This document shows, piece by piece, positions 55,831 through 64,000 of a DNA stretch of 64,000 bases. This stretch comes from an uncultured Planctomycetales bacterium (GTDB taxonomy: Bacteria > Planctomycetota > Phycisphaerae > UBA1845 > JAFGLZ01), in the NCBI GenBank assembly GCA_964446835.1, contig CAYUQT010000053.1:949-64948 (forward strand), given 5' to 3'. The notes below the pieces were generated by a model. It saw only the letters and a list, made by a program, of their open reading frames with translations. It did no database searches and was not told the DNA's origin. Positions within the stretch are counted from its first letter, which is position 1. Each line of letters opens with the position of its first letter. Made by a program: the position numbers and the translations under genes.

Positions 55831-56970
55831 TTATGAAGCGGTGCGACTCGAGCGTCCCGTGGGGTCCTGCTGAGCCAGGATGGAATAGAGGCGCGATCGG
55901 GAGATGTCCAGGAGACGTGCAGCGCGGGTCTTGTCACCTCCGGCGGCACTGAGGGCGTTAAGGACCGCCTGCCACTGCGCCTGCCGAAGCGTCATGACCA
56001 TCGAGCCAGCCGGCGAGGAATGTGCATCCGGTGAAACCGGTGCTTCCGGATAGGGTGCCACACGCTCCAAAAGCGCATCGGGAAAGTCTTCCGGATGGAG
56101 CTCCGGCAGATCGCTGGTCACCAGGGCATATTCAATCGCATTGGCCAGTTCGCGGACATTGCCCCGCCAGTATTGCGATTGCAGCCATTGCCTGGCGGAT
56201 TCTGAAAGCGATCGACGAGGCTCTTCGTAGATCGCCGCCTGAAGGTCGAGGAAGTACTCGGCCAGCGGGACTATATCGCCCGGTCTCTGTCGCAGCGGCG
56301 GTACCTCGAGGCAAAACGCGCTGAGCCGGTAGAAGAGATCTTCGCGGAAACGACCCTGGCGCACCATCTCGGCCGTGTCCTGATGCGTGGCGGCCACCAC
56401 CCGGACATCGACCGGAACCGGTCGCGTTCGGCCCACCGGTGTGACCGTCCGCTCCTGAAGGACTCTCAGCAGCCGGGTCTGGAGGGACAGGGGCATGTCG
56501 GCCACTTCGTCGAGAAACAGGGTTCCGCCGTCGGCATCGCGAATGTAGCCCATGCTCTCGGCCTCGGCACCGGTAAATGCCCCGCGTGCGTGCCCGAAGA
56601 GCTGGCTTTCAATGAGTGTTTCGGAGAAGCTCGAGCAGTCAACCGCTATAAACGGCCCCCTGGAACGCGAAGACCGTTCGTGAATCTCGCGGGCGACACA
56701 CTCTTTGCCGACGCCGGATTCGCCCACAATCAGGATGGTCGTATTGCGGGCCGCAAGGGCCGTGATCTGCTCGTTGAGGCAAGTGGTCAGGGGATCAACG
56801 CAGACAAAACGCGTGTCGTCCACGCGCATGGCGGAAGGTCGGCCACCTGGCAATGTCGTGTCAGCGCCGGCGCCCAAATCGCCGGACGGGAAGCCTGACT
56901 GTGCCCCGCTCATGATCCGCCCCCGCACTATGCGGGCGAAAAGACCATGCGGTGGGCCGGCTCCATCCAC
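55831..56970 (-). CDS. Sigma-54-dependent transcriptional activator (AAA+ with GAFTGA, Fis-type HTH) without receiver/sensor domain
   Basis: Walker A GESGVGKE, GAFTGA, Walker B LFLDEV, C-terminal HTH ...AARLLDISRSRLYS. Only about 75 aa or fewer precede the AAA+ core. Alternative start at 56913. Confidence 0.85.
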   Translation of the reverse strand: MDGAGPPHGLFARIVRGRIMSGAQSGFPSGDLGAGADTTLPGGRPSAMRVDDTRFVCVDPLTTCLNEQITALAARNTTILIVGESGVGKECVAREIHERSSRSRGPFIAVDCSSFSETLIESQLFGHARGAFTGAEAESMGYIRDADGGTLFLDEVADMPLSLQTRLLRVLQERTVTPVGRTRPVPVDVRVVAATHQDTAEMVRQGRFREDLFYRLSAFCLEVPPLRQRPGDIVPLAEYFLDLQAAIYEEPRRSLSESARQWLQSQYWRGNVRELANAIEYALVTSDLPELHPEDFPDALLERVAPYPEAPVSPDAHSSPAGSMVMTLRQAQWQAVLNALSAAGGDKTRAARLLDISRSRLYSILAQQDPTGRSSRTAS

Positions 56971-57478
56971 CCACTAAAAGGAGGGCTTCTTGCTTGAGTT
57001 TTGTAAGGCCCCCTTTAAGTCCACAGAGCTATGGATTAGGTAAGTCGCCGGAAGCTGCCCCGTCCATTCACATCCTGTAAGAGTTCGCCGCACTCTGCGG
57101 CATGACCCCCGCTCTGGGACGCACCACCACTTCTAGTCTATACATCGGCAAGTTGGCGGTCAAGACCGTAATCATTAATCAACACATACACACTATTCGG
57201 GAGCGTTGATTGTTTATTGCGTTGCCGATGCTGGTTCCAATAGGTTAACGCCAGTACTGGAAACGGTATTTCAATGTACTCGCATCTTTCGCGAAACACG
57301 ACGCAGTGTCCCGAGAAGCCTTCAAGATGCGCAGTCTTGAGGGATCGTGGTGCTGTGGGCCGTGGTCTGACCTTTTAGCTTGGCAACAGGGTTGACGAAG
57401 GAGGCCAAGCCGGGTGGTTCCGTCTGGCGGTCGCACGGATCGGACCGGCTTTCACGGAGCCTATCGCGGATCACCCCC

Positions 57479-57506
57479 TTGGCCTCGCGCGGGATTCTGC
57501 TAGCAT
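57479..57506 (+). promoter_or_regulatory. Candidate rnpB promoter (TTGGCC-16 nt-TAGCAT)
   Basis: The hexamers lie about 6 nt upstream of the predicted P1 5' end. Weak match. Confidence 0.3.
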
Positions 57507-57510
57507 GGAG

Positions 57511-57947
57511 GTGGCGGAGCAGACGAGGCGACCGCTCGCCAAAGAGGGGCCTCCTCAGGAGTCCTCTCTTTGACGGGAGGAAAGTCCGAACCGGACAGGG
57601 CACGGTGGTCGTTAACGGCGACCCGGGGTGACCCGAGGGAAAGTGCCACAGAAAACAGACCGCCTCCGTCGGGACGCTTGTCCCGACCGGCAAGGGTGAA
57701 AAGGTGCGGTAAGAGCGCACCGCGCGTCCGGGTGACCGGCGCGGCACGGAAAACCCCACCGCCGGCAAGCCCACATAGGCAGCGAGCCTTGCCCTTCGGG
57801 GCGGGCGCGGACCGGCCCGGTCCGCCGGAGCTGCGGGTAGGGTGCTAGAGCCGCTGAGCAATTGGCGAGCCCAGACGAATGGTCGCCGCCCCGTCGGGCA
57901 CAACCCGAGGGGGTAACAGAATTCGGCTTATTCGTCGGCTCCGCCGC
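57511..57947 (+). ncRNA. rnpB: RNase P RNA, bacterial type A
   Basis: Conserved GGGAGGAAAGTCCG (57575-57588), GGTGCGGTAAGAGCGCACC, ACAGAAAACAGACCGCC and ACAGAATTCGGCTTA (57916-57930). P1 pairing of GGCGGAGCAGACGA (57513-57526) with TCGTCGGCTCCGCC (57932-57945). Confidence 0.85.
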
Positions 57948-58009
57948 TATTCTCTCTGCAGGGACCTTCGCTCGGGAACCCTCCGGGGAAGCCTCATGGA
58001 ACGCCGTGG

Positions 58010-59479
58010 ATGACGGATACACCTTCCGACAGAACCGTGTTTCTCGAGACGTTCGGCTGCCAGATGAACGTGCTCGACAGCGAACTGGTGTTGGGTGCGC
58101 TCCGCCAGAAGGGGTTTGCCGTCGTCGGCGGTCCCGATGAGGCCTCTGTGGTGGTCCTCAACACGTGCTCCGTGCGTCAACGGGCCGAGGACAAGGTGTA
58201 TTCGCGATTGGGCGAACTCCGCCGACTGAAGGCCGACCGGCCCGGCATGGTCATCGCGGTCATCGGCTGCATGGCCGAACGGGACTCGGAGGAGCTGCGA
58301 CGGCGGGCGCCGCACGTCGACGTGATCTGCGGACCCGGAGAGCTGGGACAACTGGCATCGCTCATTGAGCGGACCGGATCGTCCCGTTCACCACAGATCG
58401 CGATCACGCGGGACTGGAGCCGCCATACGCCCGCCGAGAATCGTCACGAGGAAGACGAACTCGAGGCTTTAGATCACACCCGCCGGCCGGTACCAGGACG
58501 GCGGACCCTTCAGGCGTATATTCGGGTCCAGCGCGGGTGCGACAAGTTCTGCAGCTATTGCGTCGTCCCCTTCGTTCGCGGGCCGGAGCGATCGCGACCG
58601 CCCAGCCACATCGTCGACGAGGCCCACCGATTGGTCGATGCCGGGGCAGTGGAGATTACGTTGTTGGGACAGACGATCAACAGCTATGCCCACCAGGAGA
58701 ACGGGCGGGTTGTCCGTCTGCCCGAGTTGCTCGAGCGGGTCCACGGCATCGACGCCCTCCGGCGGCTGCGGTTCATCACGAGCTTCCCCGGGGATTTTGA
58801 CGAGGGCATCCTGAGGGCGATGCGCGAACTGCCCAAGCTGTGCGAGTATCTGCATCTGCCCGCCCAGAGCGGATCCAACCGCGTCTTGGCTGCCATGCGA
58901 CGCGACCATACGGTCGAACGCTACGTCGAGCTGGCTGAGCGGGCCCGCCGAGAGGTGCCGGACCTGTCGCTGGCAGGTGACTTCATCGTGGGGTTCCCCA
59001 GCGAAACCGACGAGGACTTCCAGGCAAGCTGCGATCTGGTCCGGCGGATGCAGTACAAGAACATCTTCGTCTTCAAGTACTCGACCCGTCCGGGCACCGT
59101 GGCCGCCCGAAACCTGACCGACGACGTGCCGCGACAGGTCAAACGCCGACGAAACATCGAACTGCTGCGGATTCAGGCGGAGATTGCCCTGGCGAACAAC
59201 CAGGCGATGATCGGCCGCAGCGTCGAGGTTCTTGTGGAGGGTCCGAGCAAGGCTGCCGCTCATGCACGAAAGGCCGAAGCCGCTCCGGACGGCTCTGGGG
59301 GCTGGCGCAGTCTCGCCCAGTATGTGGGGCGGACCCGCGGCGACCAGATCGTCGTCTTCGAAGGCCACGAGAACCTGATCGGGCAGATCGTTCAGGTGAC
59401 GATCACCTCCGCGACGGACCTGACGCTTCACGGGAGCGTCTCGTGCGATTCAGAACCTCTGTGTATCCTGCCTCGATGA
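58010..59479 (+). CDS. miaB: tRNA (N6-isopentenyladenosine-37) methylthiotransferase MiaB
   Basis: 489 aa with TFGCQMN (UPF0004 domain), radical SAM CDKFCSYC and a TRAM-like C-terminus. Confidence 0.9.
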   Translation: MTDTPSDRTVFLETFGCQMNVLDSELVLGALRQKGFAVVGGPDEASVVVLNTCSVRQRAEDKVYSRLGELRRLKADRPGMVIAVIGCMAERDSEELRRRAPHVDVICGPGELGQLASLIERTGSSRSPQIAITRDWSRHTPAENRHEEDELEALDHTRRPVPGRRTLQAYIRVQRGCDKFCSYCVVPFVRGPERSRPPSHIVDEAHRLVDAGAVEITLLGQTINSYAHQENGRVVRLPELLERVHGIDALRRLRFITSFPGDFDEGILRAMRELPKLCEYLHLPAQSGSNRVLAAMRRDHTVERYVELAERARREVPDLSLAGDFIVGFPSETDEDFQASCDLVRRMQYKNIFVFKYSTRPGTVAARNLTDDVPRQVKRRRNIELLRIQAEIALANNQAMIGRSVEVLVEGPSKAAAHARKAEAAPDGSGGWRSLAQYVGRTRGDQIVVFEGHENLIGQIVQVTITSATDLTLHGSVSCDSEPLCILPR

Positions 59480-59509
59480 CGTGAGGTTGGACGCTTCACT
59501 TCTCGTTAG

Positions 59510-61294
59510 GTGCTCGAACCGCTAGACTCAACGGTCATGGGAACCTATCTGCTTTGCGTCCTGTCATGTCTCAGCGGTGTCACTGCGGAGGGATCGACAA
59601 CCTCCCGACCTGCGGGTCAGCCGTCCTCTGCACCTTTGCGTCGGATGACGTGCGGCAGCTTTCCTCAGTGGTTCGCCGAGAAGTGGACTCTTCGGGATGG
59701 CCTGCCCGCCCCCCGCATCACGGCCGTTGCCGTTCAGCCGGATGGCACGGTGGTCTGCCTGACGCCGAAGGGTGCCGCCGCCTTCGACGGACGGAAATGG
59801 TCGGCGCGCGATACCGTGCAGGTGCCCGGCGATGAGAGCCCCGCGCTCAATCCTCCCGGAACGGTGCCCTGGCTGCCCGTGACCTGCTGGACCCAGGCGG
59901 CGACCGGTGAACTCTGGGTCGGCACCCCGAAGGGGCTGTGCCGCTATGACGGCAAGCGATGGCGGGCGTTTCACAGTCTGCGCTGGCTGCCCAACGACAA
60001 GGTGAACGATGTGGTCGTCGCCCCCGACGGTTCGGCATGGGTGGCGACCGAAGGCGGCGTCGCCCGGATCGCCCAGCGATCCATGACGCTCGCCCAAAAG
60101 GCCGCCTTCTATGAGGAAGAGATCCGCAAGTTTCATAACTGGCGAGGACTGATTCGCGAGATTTCCTTGCCCAAGCCCGGACAGCTTGAGGGGTATCGCC
60201 AGCCTTCCTCCGACAACGACGGGCTGTGGACGTCTCTCTACGTCGCTGCCGAGAGTTTCCGCTATGCCGCGACGCGAGACCCAGAGGCCAAGGCCAACGC
60301 CACCGAATCCATGAAGGCCATGCTGTTTCTGGAGGAAATCACCTCGCTGCCGGGTTTCGTCGCCCGGTCTTATCTGCCGCGAGGAGAGGGATTCAAGCAC
60401 GGCGACGGTGTCTGGTATCCCAGCAAGGACGGAAAATGGGACTTCAAGGGTGACACCAGCAGCGACGAGATCGACGGGCACTTCTACGCGTACGGCATCT
60501 ATCATGAACTCGTCGACGATCCGGACGTCCGCCGCCAGGTGGTCGAGACGGCGCGGCGAGTGATGGATCGCATCATTCGCGACGGCTACTACCTCGTCGG
60601 CCCCACGGGCAAGCGCACAACCTGGGGAGTCTGGGCCCCTCGCGACCTGAACGACAATCCCCGATGGATGCCTGAACGCGGGCTCAACTCGCTGGAGCTG
60701 TTGAGCTACCTCAAGACGACCGAGCACATTACCGGCGACGAGAAGTATCGCCTGGCCGCCCGCGAACTCATCGACAAGCACCACTATGCCCTCAACACGA
60801 TCTATCAGAAGATCGTCACGCCCGTCGAGGTGAACCACAGCGACGACGAGTTGGCGTTTGTGGCCTACCACAACCTGCTCTGGTTCGAGAAGGACCCGAG
60901 GATCCGGAAGATCTACGTCCAGAGCATCGAACGGAGCTGGAAAATCGAGCAGCCGGAACAGAGCCCCTTCTACAACTTCATCTACGGCAGTGCCGTCACG
61001 GGCGGGTTCGATCTGCCCGAATCGATCGAATGGCTGAAGGACGCACCGCTCGACACGATTCGCTGGACGGTGGACAACACGGGACGGCGTGATGTGCCGA
61101 TTTCCCGGTTCCTGACCCGTTTCGGCAAACCGCAGACCTCGGTTCTGCTGCCCGTATCCGAGCGTCCGGTGATGCGCTGGAACGGCAACCCCTACGACCT
61201 GCGCGACGGCGGCGGCGGCCACAGCAAGCTCGACGGAACGTTCTGGCTGCTGCCCTATTGGATGGGACGCTATTGCGGATTCATCGTTGAATGA
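59510..61294 (+). CDS. Secreted hypothetical protein: N-terminal beta-propeller-like repeats plus alpha-helical barrel-like domain
   Basis: 594 aa. Probable start at 59537 (MGTYLLCVLSCLSGVTAEG signal). Repeats ELWVGTPKGLCRYDGKRW and SAWVATEGGVARI. Confidence 0.7.
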   Translation: MLEPLDSTVMGTYLLCVLSCLSGVTAEGSTTSRPAGQPSSAPLRRMTCGSFPQWFAEKWTLRDGLPAPRITAVAVQPDGTVVCLTPKGAAAFDGRKWSARDTVQVPGDESPALNPPGTVPWLPVTCWTQAATGELWVGTPKGLCRYDGKRWRAFHSLRWLPNDKVNDVVVAPDGSAWVATEGGVARIAQRSMTLAQKAAFYEEEIRKFHNWRGLIREISLPKPGQLEGYRQPSSDNDGLWTSLYVAAESFRYAATRDPEAKANATESMKAMLFLEEITSLPGFVARSYLPRGEGFKHGDGVWYPSKDGKWDFKGDTSSDEIDGHFYAYGIYHELVDDPDVRRQVVETARRVMDRIIRDGYYLVGPTGKRTTWGVWAPRDLNDNPRWMPERGLNSLELLSYLKTTEHITGDEKYRLAARELIDKHHYALNTIYQKIVTPVEVNHSDDELAFVAYHNLLWFEKDPRIRKIYVQSIERSWKIEQPEQSPFYNFIYGSAVTGGFDLPESIEWLKDAPLDTIRWTVDNTGRRDVPISRFLTRFGKPQTSVLLPVSERPVMRWNGNPYDLRDGGGGHSKLDGTFWLLPYWMGRYCGFIVE

Positions 61295-61333
61295 CGAGTC
61301 GCCGCGCGAAGCAGATGGACGTTCCTCTGCTTT

Positions 61334-62233
61334 CTACTTGCGCCGGGGCGGTGGGGACGGGTGGCAGACCAGCTTGCGCAGGCGGCTGAGGTTCAGGCGG
61401 TCGAGGTCGCGCCCGCGGGCATCCACGCCCTTGGGCGTCTCCAAAACCCTGGGCACCGACGTCAGACGGGGATCGTTCAACAGGAGGCGAAACGCGCCGA
61501 GACCCAATCGCCCTCGCCCGATGTGTTCGTGCCGATCGCGATGTGTGCCCAGATCGCCCTGGCTGTCGTTGACATGGATACAGCGGACATGCCTCAGACC
61601 GACCCGGCGATCCAGCTCCGCCATGGTCTGTGCATAGCCTTCCGGCGTGCGCAGCTCATAGCCGGCGGCGAAGACGTGACAGGTGTCCAGGCACACGCCC
61701 AGACGATGAGGCTCATGAACGCCGGCAAAGACTTCGGCCAGGTGCTCGAACCGCCCGCCCACACTGTCGCCCGCCCCCGCCGTGGTCTCCAGAAGGACTC
61801 GGGTTGGATTCTTCGCCGTGCGCCGGCAGATCTCATCGATGGCCGCGATGATACGGCGAATGCCCGCTGCAAGCCCCGCCCCGCGATGTGAGCCGGGGTG
61901 GACGATCAACCCCTCGATACCCAGGCTTTCGCATCGTCGCAGCTCTTCGACGAACGTTGCCACGCTCGGACGCCGTATTGCCGCCTCGGGAGAGGCCAGG
62001 TTGATCAGATAAGTTGCGTGAGCAAACACCGGGGCGATAGGCGTCCGGCGACGCGCCTCGACCCAACGATCGATCTCTGCCGGATCGAGCGGTGCGGCGG
62101 TCCACTGCCGTTGATTCTTCACGAATACCTGCAGGCAGTCGCAACGCAGGGCCCCCGCGGCCTCTATCGCCCGATGAACACCGCCGCCAATCGAAAGGTG
62201 CGCTCCAAAGCGTTGCCGGTTCAGGTTAGGCAT
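61334..62233 (-). CDS. nfo: Deoxyribonuclease IV (endonuclease IV)
   Basis: Trimmed to MPNLNRQRFGAHLSIGGG. Motifs HATYLINL, VHPGSH, LETTAG, CLDTCH, HVNDS. Confidence 0.9.
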   Translation of the reverse strand: MPNLNRQRFGAHLSIGGGVHRAIEAAGALRCDCLQVFVKNQRQWTAAPLDPAEIDRWVEARRRTPIAPVFAHATYLINLASPEAAIRRPSVATFVEELRRCESLGIEGLIVHPGSHRGAGLAAGIRRIIAAIDEICRRTAKNPTRVLLETTAGAGDSVGGRFEHLAEVFAGVHEPHRLGVCLDTCHVFAAGYELRTPEGYAQTMAELDRRVGLRHVRCIHVNDSQGDLGTHRDRHEHIGRGRLGLGAFRLLLNDPRLTSVPRVLETPKGVDARGRDLDRLNLSRLRKLVCHPSPPPRRK

Positions 62234-62331
62234 GATCCGGGTTCTCCCCACCCATCCCGCACGGGACCGACCCGGCCGCTCGTCTGCCGGAGAAGGTCGG
62301 CGATCCTGAGTCTTCAATGCACGTGGACCGG

Positions 62332-63084
62332 CTAATAGAAGGACACGACAATCAGGTCGTAGAACATATGGCAGCCGACGGCGATGCCGAAGCCCCGCAG
62401 CACATAGACACCCGACAAGTAGATTCCCGCCATGGCGCGAAACAGGAAGCTGGTCCATTCGAAGGGATCGCTGCCGCCGCAACCCTTGTAGTGATGTATG
62501 GCGAAGACCAACGAACTGATCAACACGGCCAGAAGCTCCGACGCCTCCATGTTGAGATTCAGCACCTCGGCCAGCAGGAAGATCAGGACGCTGATCAGAA
62601 TCAACCGAAAGACCAGCTCCTCATAGATCCCGGCGCTGAGGCTCAGCAACAGCGAGGCAGCCCAGTCGCTGGTGGCCAGCGGCACGCGACGGGCGAGGGC
62701 AGCGTGAAAGATCAGAGGTGGCACGGTGAAGATGACACTCTCGACCGCCATGCCCACCAGCGCCGTTTTGTTGATCCGCCAGGAGTCCCGGCGATTCACG
62801 TGCCAGATCAGCAGGATGGCCACGACCGCCAGCCCCGGCAGGTAGAACCCCGTCACCCCGAAGACCGCCATGAACCACGACAGCAGAACCTTGGCCACGA
62901 CTTCGGGCGCCTGCTCCTGCGAGAAAGGGGGATAGGCCAGGAAGATGCCCACCTCGTACACAATCAGCATCGGCAGCAGGAAGACCAGGCAGTTCAGGGG
63001 GCGGCGGGTCTGCTCGAGATACCCTCCGGCATCCCGGCGGGGTGCATAGGGTGACCGTCTCGCTCTGGAAGTCCTGGAAGCCAT
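62332..63084 (-). CDS. CPBP family intramembrane glutamic endopeptidase (CAAX protease-like)
   Basis: Track ORF 62332..63855 trimmed to MASRTSRARR. Motifs EELVFR, FAIHH, HMFYD. Multiple TM segments. Confidence 0.85.
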   Translation of the reverse strand: MASRTSRARRSPYAPRRDAGGYLEQTRRPLNCLVFLLPMLIVYEVGIFLAYPPFSQEQAPEVVAKVLLSWFMAVFGVTGFYLPGLAVVAILLIWHVNRRDSWRINKTALVGMAVESVIFTVPPLIFHAALARRVPLATSDWAASLLLSLSAGIYEELVFRLILISVLIFLLAEVLNLNMEASELLAVLISSLVFAIHHYKGCGGSDPFEWTSFLFRAMAGIYLSGVYVLRGFGIAVGCHMFYDLIVVSFY

Positions 63085-63198
63085 GGGGGTATCATTATGC
63101 CCTTTGCATCGGCGTCGGCCGATGGCGAACAGAAGTGTACCGCGAGCACCCACCGGCCAAAAGCGGGCAGGGTACCTGATTTCCGGGAAAAAAACGCG

Positions 63199-63876
63199 AT
63201 GTCCCGATCGACGACAGCCACGAGACTCCAGCAGTTCTTCGACGCCATGTTGGCGGCCTATGGGCCGCGGCATTGGTGGCCCGGCGAGACCCCCCTGGAG
63301 GTCATTGTCGGGGCCGTCCTGACCCAGAACACGGCGTGGACGAACGTCGAACGCGCGATCGCCAATCTCAAGGCCGCCGATGCCCTCGACTGGTTCCGGC
63401 TGCACGCCATGAAGCCCACCGAGCTGGCAGGGCTGATCCGGCCGGCGGGGTACTTCAATATCAAGGCCAAGCGACTGAAGAACCTGGTGGCCTGGATCGT
63501 CGAGCGATTCGAGGGCGACCTCGACCGGATGTTTGCCGTGCCGACCTCGACCCTTCGCGAGGAGTTGCTGGCCGTCAACGGCATCGGGCGAGAGACGGCC
63601 GACTCGATTCTGCTCTATGCCGGCCAGCACACCACGTTCGTCGTCGATGCGTACACCGCCCGCATTCTCCGACGCCATCGGCTGATCGACGAGGAGGCGG
63701 ATTATGAACAGATCAAGGACCTGTTCGAATCCAGCCTTCCGGCCGACACCGCGTTGTTCAACGAATACCACGCCCTGCTGGTGGAGGTGGGGAAGCGCTG
63801 TTGCCGCCCCCGCGACCCAAGGTGCGCCGAATGCCCGCTGCAGCCGTTTCCACACACGCTGGACGCGCCCGATTGA
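63199..63876 (+). CDS. Endonuclease III-related HhH-GPD base-excision DNA repair protein with Fe-S cluster loop
   Basis: Trimmed to MSRSTTATRLQQFF. HhH LLAVNGIGRETADSILLY, catalytic-region VDAY, C-terminal CCRPRDPRCAECPL. Confidence 0.85.
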   Translation: MSRSTTATRLQQFFDAMLAAYGPRHWWPGETPLEVIVGAVLTQNTAWTNVERAIANLKAADALDWFRLHAMKPTELAGLIRPAGYFNIKAKRLKNLVAWIVERFEGDLDRMFAVPTSTLREELLAVNGIGRETADSILLYAGQHTTFVVDAYTARILRRHRLIDEEADYEQIKDLFESSLPADTALFNEYHALLVEVGKRCCRPRDPRCAECPLQPFPHTLDAPD

Positions 63877-63960
63877 GAACGCCGAGGGCTCTTGTCATCA
63901 GAGCTCCCCGCATCGGTTCCGGATACCCTCGGCCGCCCAGCAACGTGTCCGACATGGCGG

Positions 63961-63989
63961 TTGACACCCTTTGCGACGTAGGTTACAGT
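63961..63989 (+). promoter_or_regulatory. Sigma-70-like promoter TTGACA-17 nt-TACAGT pointing out of the window
   Basis: Consensus -35 at 63961-63966, 17-nt spacer, -10 TACAGT at 63984-63989. The target lies beyond the window. Confidence 0.35.
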
Positions 63990-64000
63990 GCGGTGCGTTC

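Noticed and set aside
57322-57903. 193-aa minus-strand ORF
   Set aside because: It overlaps the RNase P RNA gene, and the conserved rnpB elements explain the region.
59564-61222. 552-aa minus-strand ORF
   Set aside because: It is antisense to the 594-aa secreted protein gene, which has a signal peptide and coherent domain repeats.

Overview
Visibly GC-rich, gene-dense chromosomal window with about 50 protein genes on both strands, one RNase P RNA, and no rRNA, tRNA, CRISPR array, transposase or integrase that I could recognise. The gene content suggests a Planctomycetota-like (possibly Phycisphaerae-like) genome, but that is inference only. It includes several Gfo/Idh/MocA oxidoreductases, xylose-isomerase-like TIM barrels (one with a Tat signal), very large secreted glycosidase-like proteins (GH2, GH20, BNR/sialidase-like, beta-helix), an ECF sigma factor coupled to a Ser/Thr kinase with an HxxxCxxC N-terminus, and a radical-SAM sulfatase maturase. 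Housekeeping genes are confidently recognisable: sppA, cysteine synthase, Sir2/CobB, ribokinase, deoC, tadA, miaB, nfo, an endonuclease III-like gene and rnpB. No single clear-cut novel system stands out. Observations worth a second look: (1) two VapBC-type toxin-antitoxin cassettes flank sppA, and in each the PIN toxin is broken by a single lesion (in-frame TAG; 1-nt frameshift) while the antitoxin stays intact; one cassette is bracketed by an 83-bp direct repeat. (2) A module of Gfo/Idh/MocA oxidoreductase, UroD/MtaA-like protein and exo-glycosidase occurs twice. (3) A minus-strand gene string runs ECF sigma, HxxxCxxC-Ser/Thr kinase, TadA and a permease, with the first three joined by overlapping stop/start codons. 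(4) A B12-binding-like protein has lost the DxHxxG histidine and carries a poly-Arg tail, upstream of GH20-rbsK-deoC. (5) Three genes of unknown function (secreted protein, GT-C-like membrane protein, 1200-aa secreted protein) lie in series. (6) A secreted protein with a Lys/His-rich tail sits next to an ATPase-less double-FtsX permease. (7) A receiver-less sigma-54 activator lies near a close -24/-12 promoter match. Many long ORFs in the six-frame track are antisense shadows typical of GC-rich DNA and were rejected.
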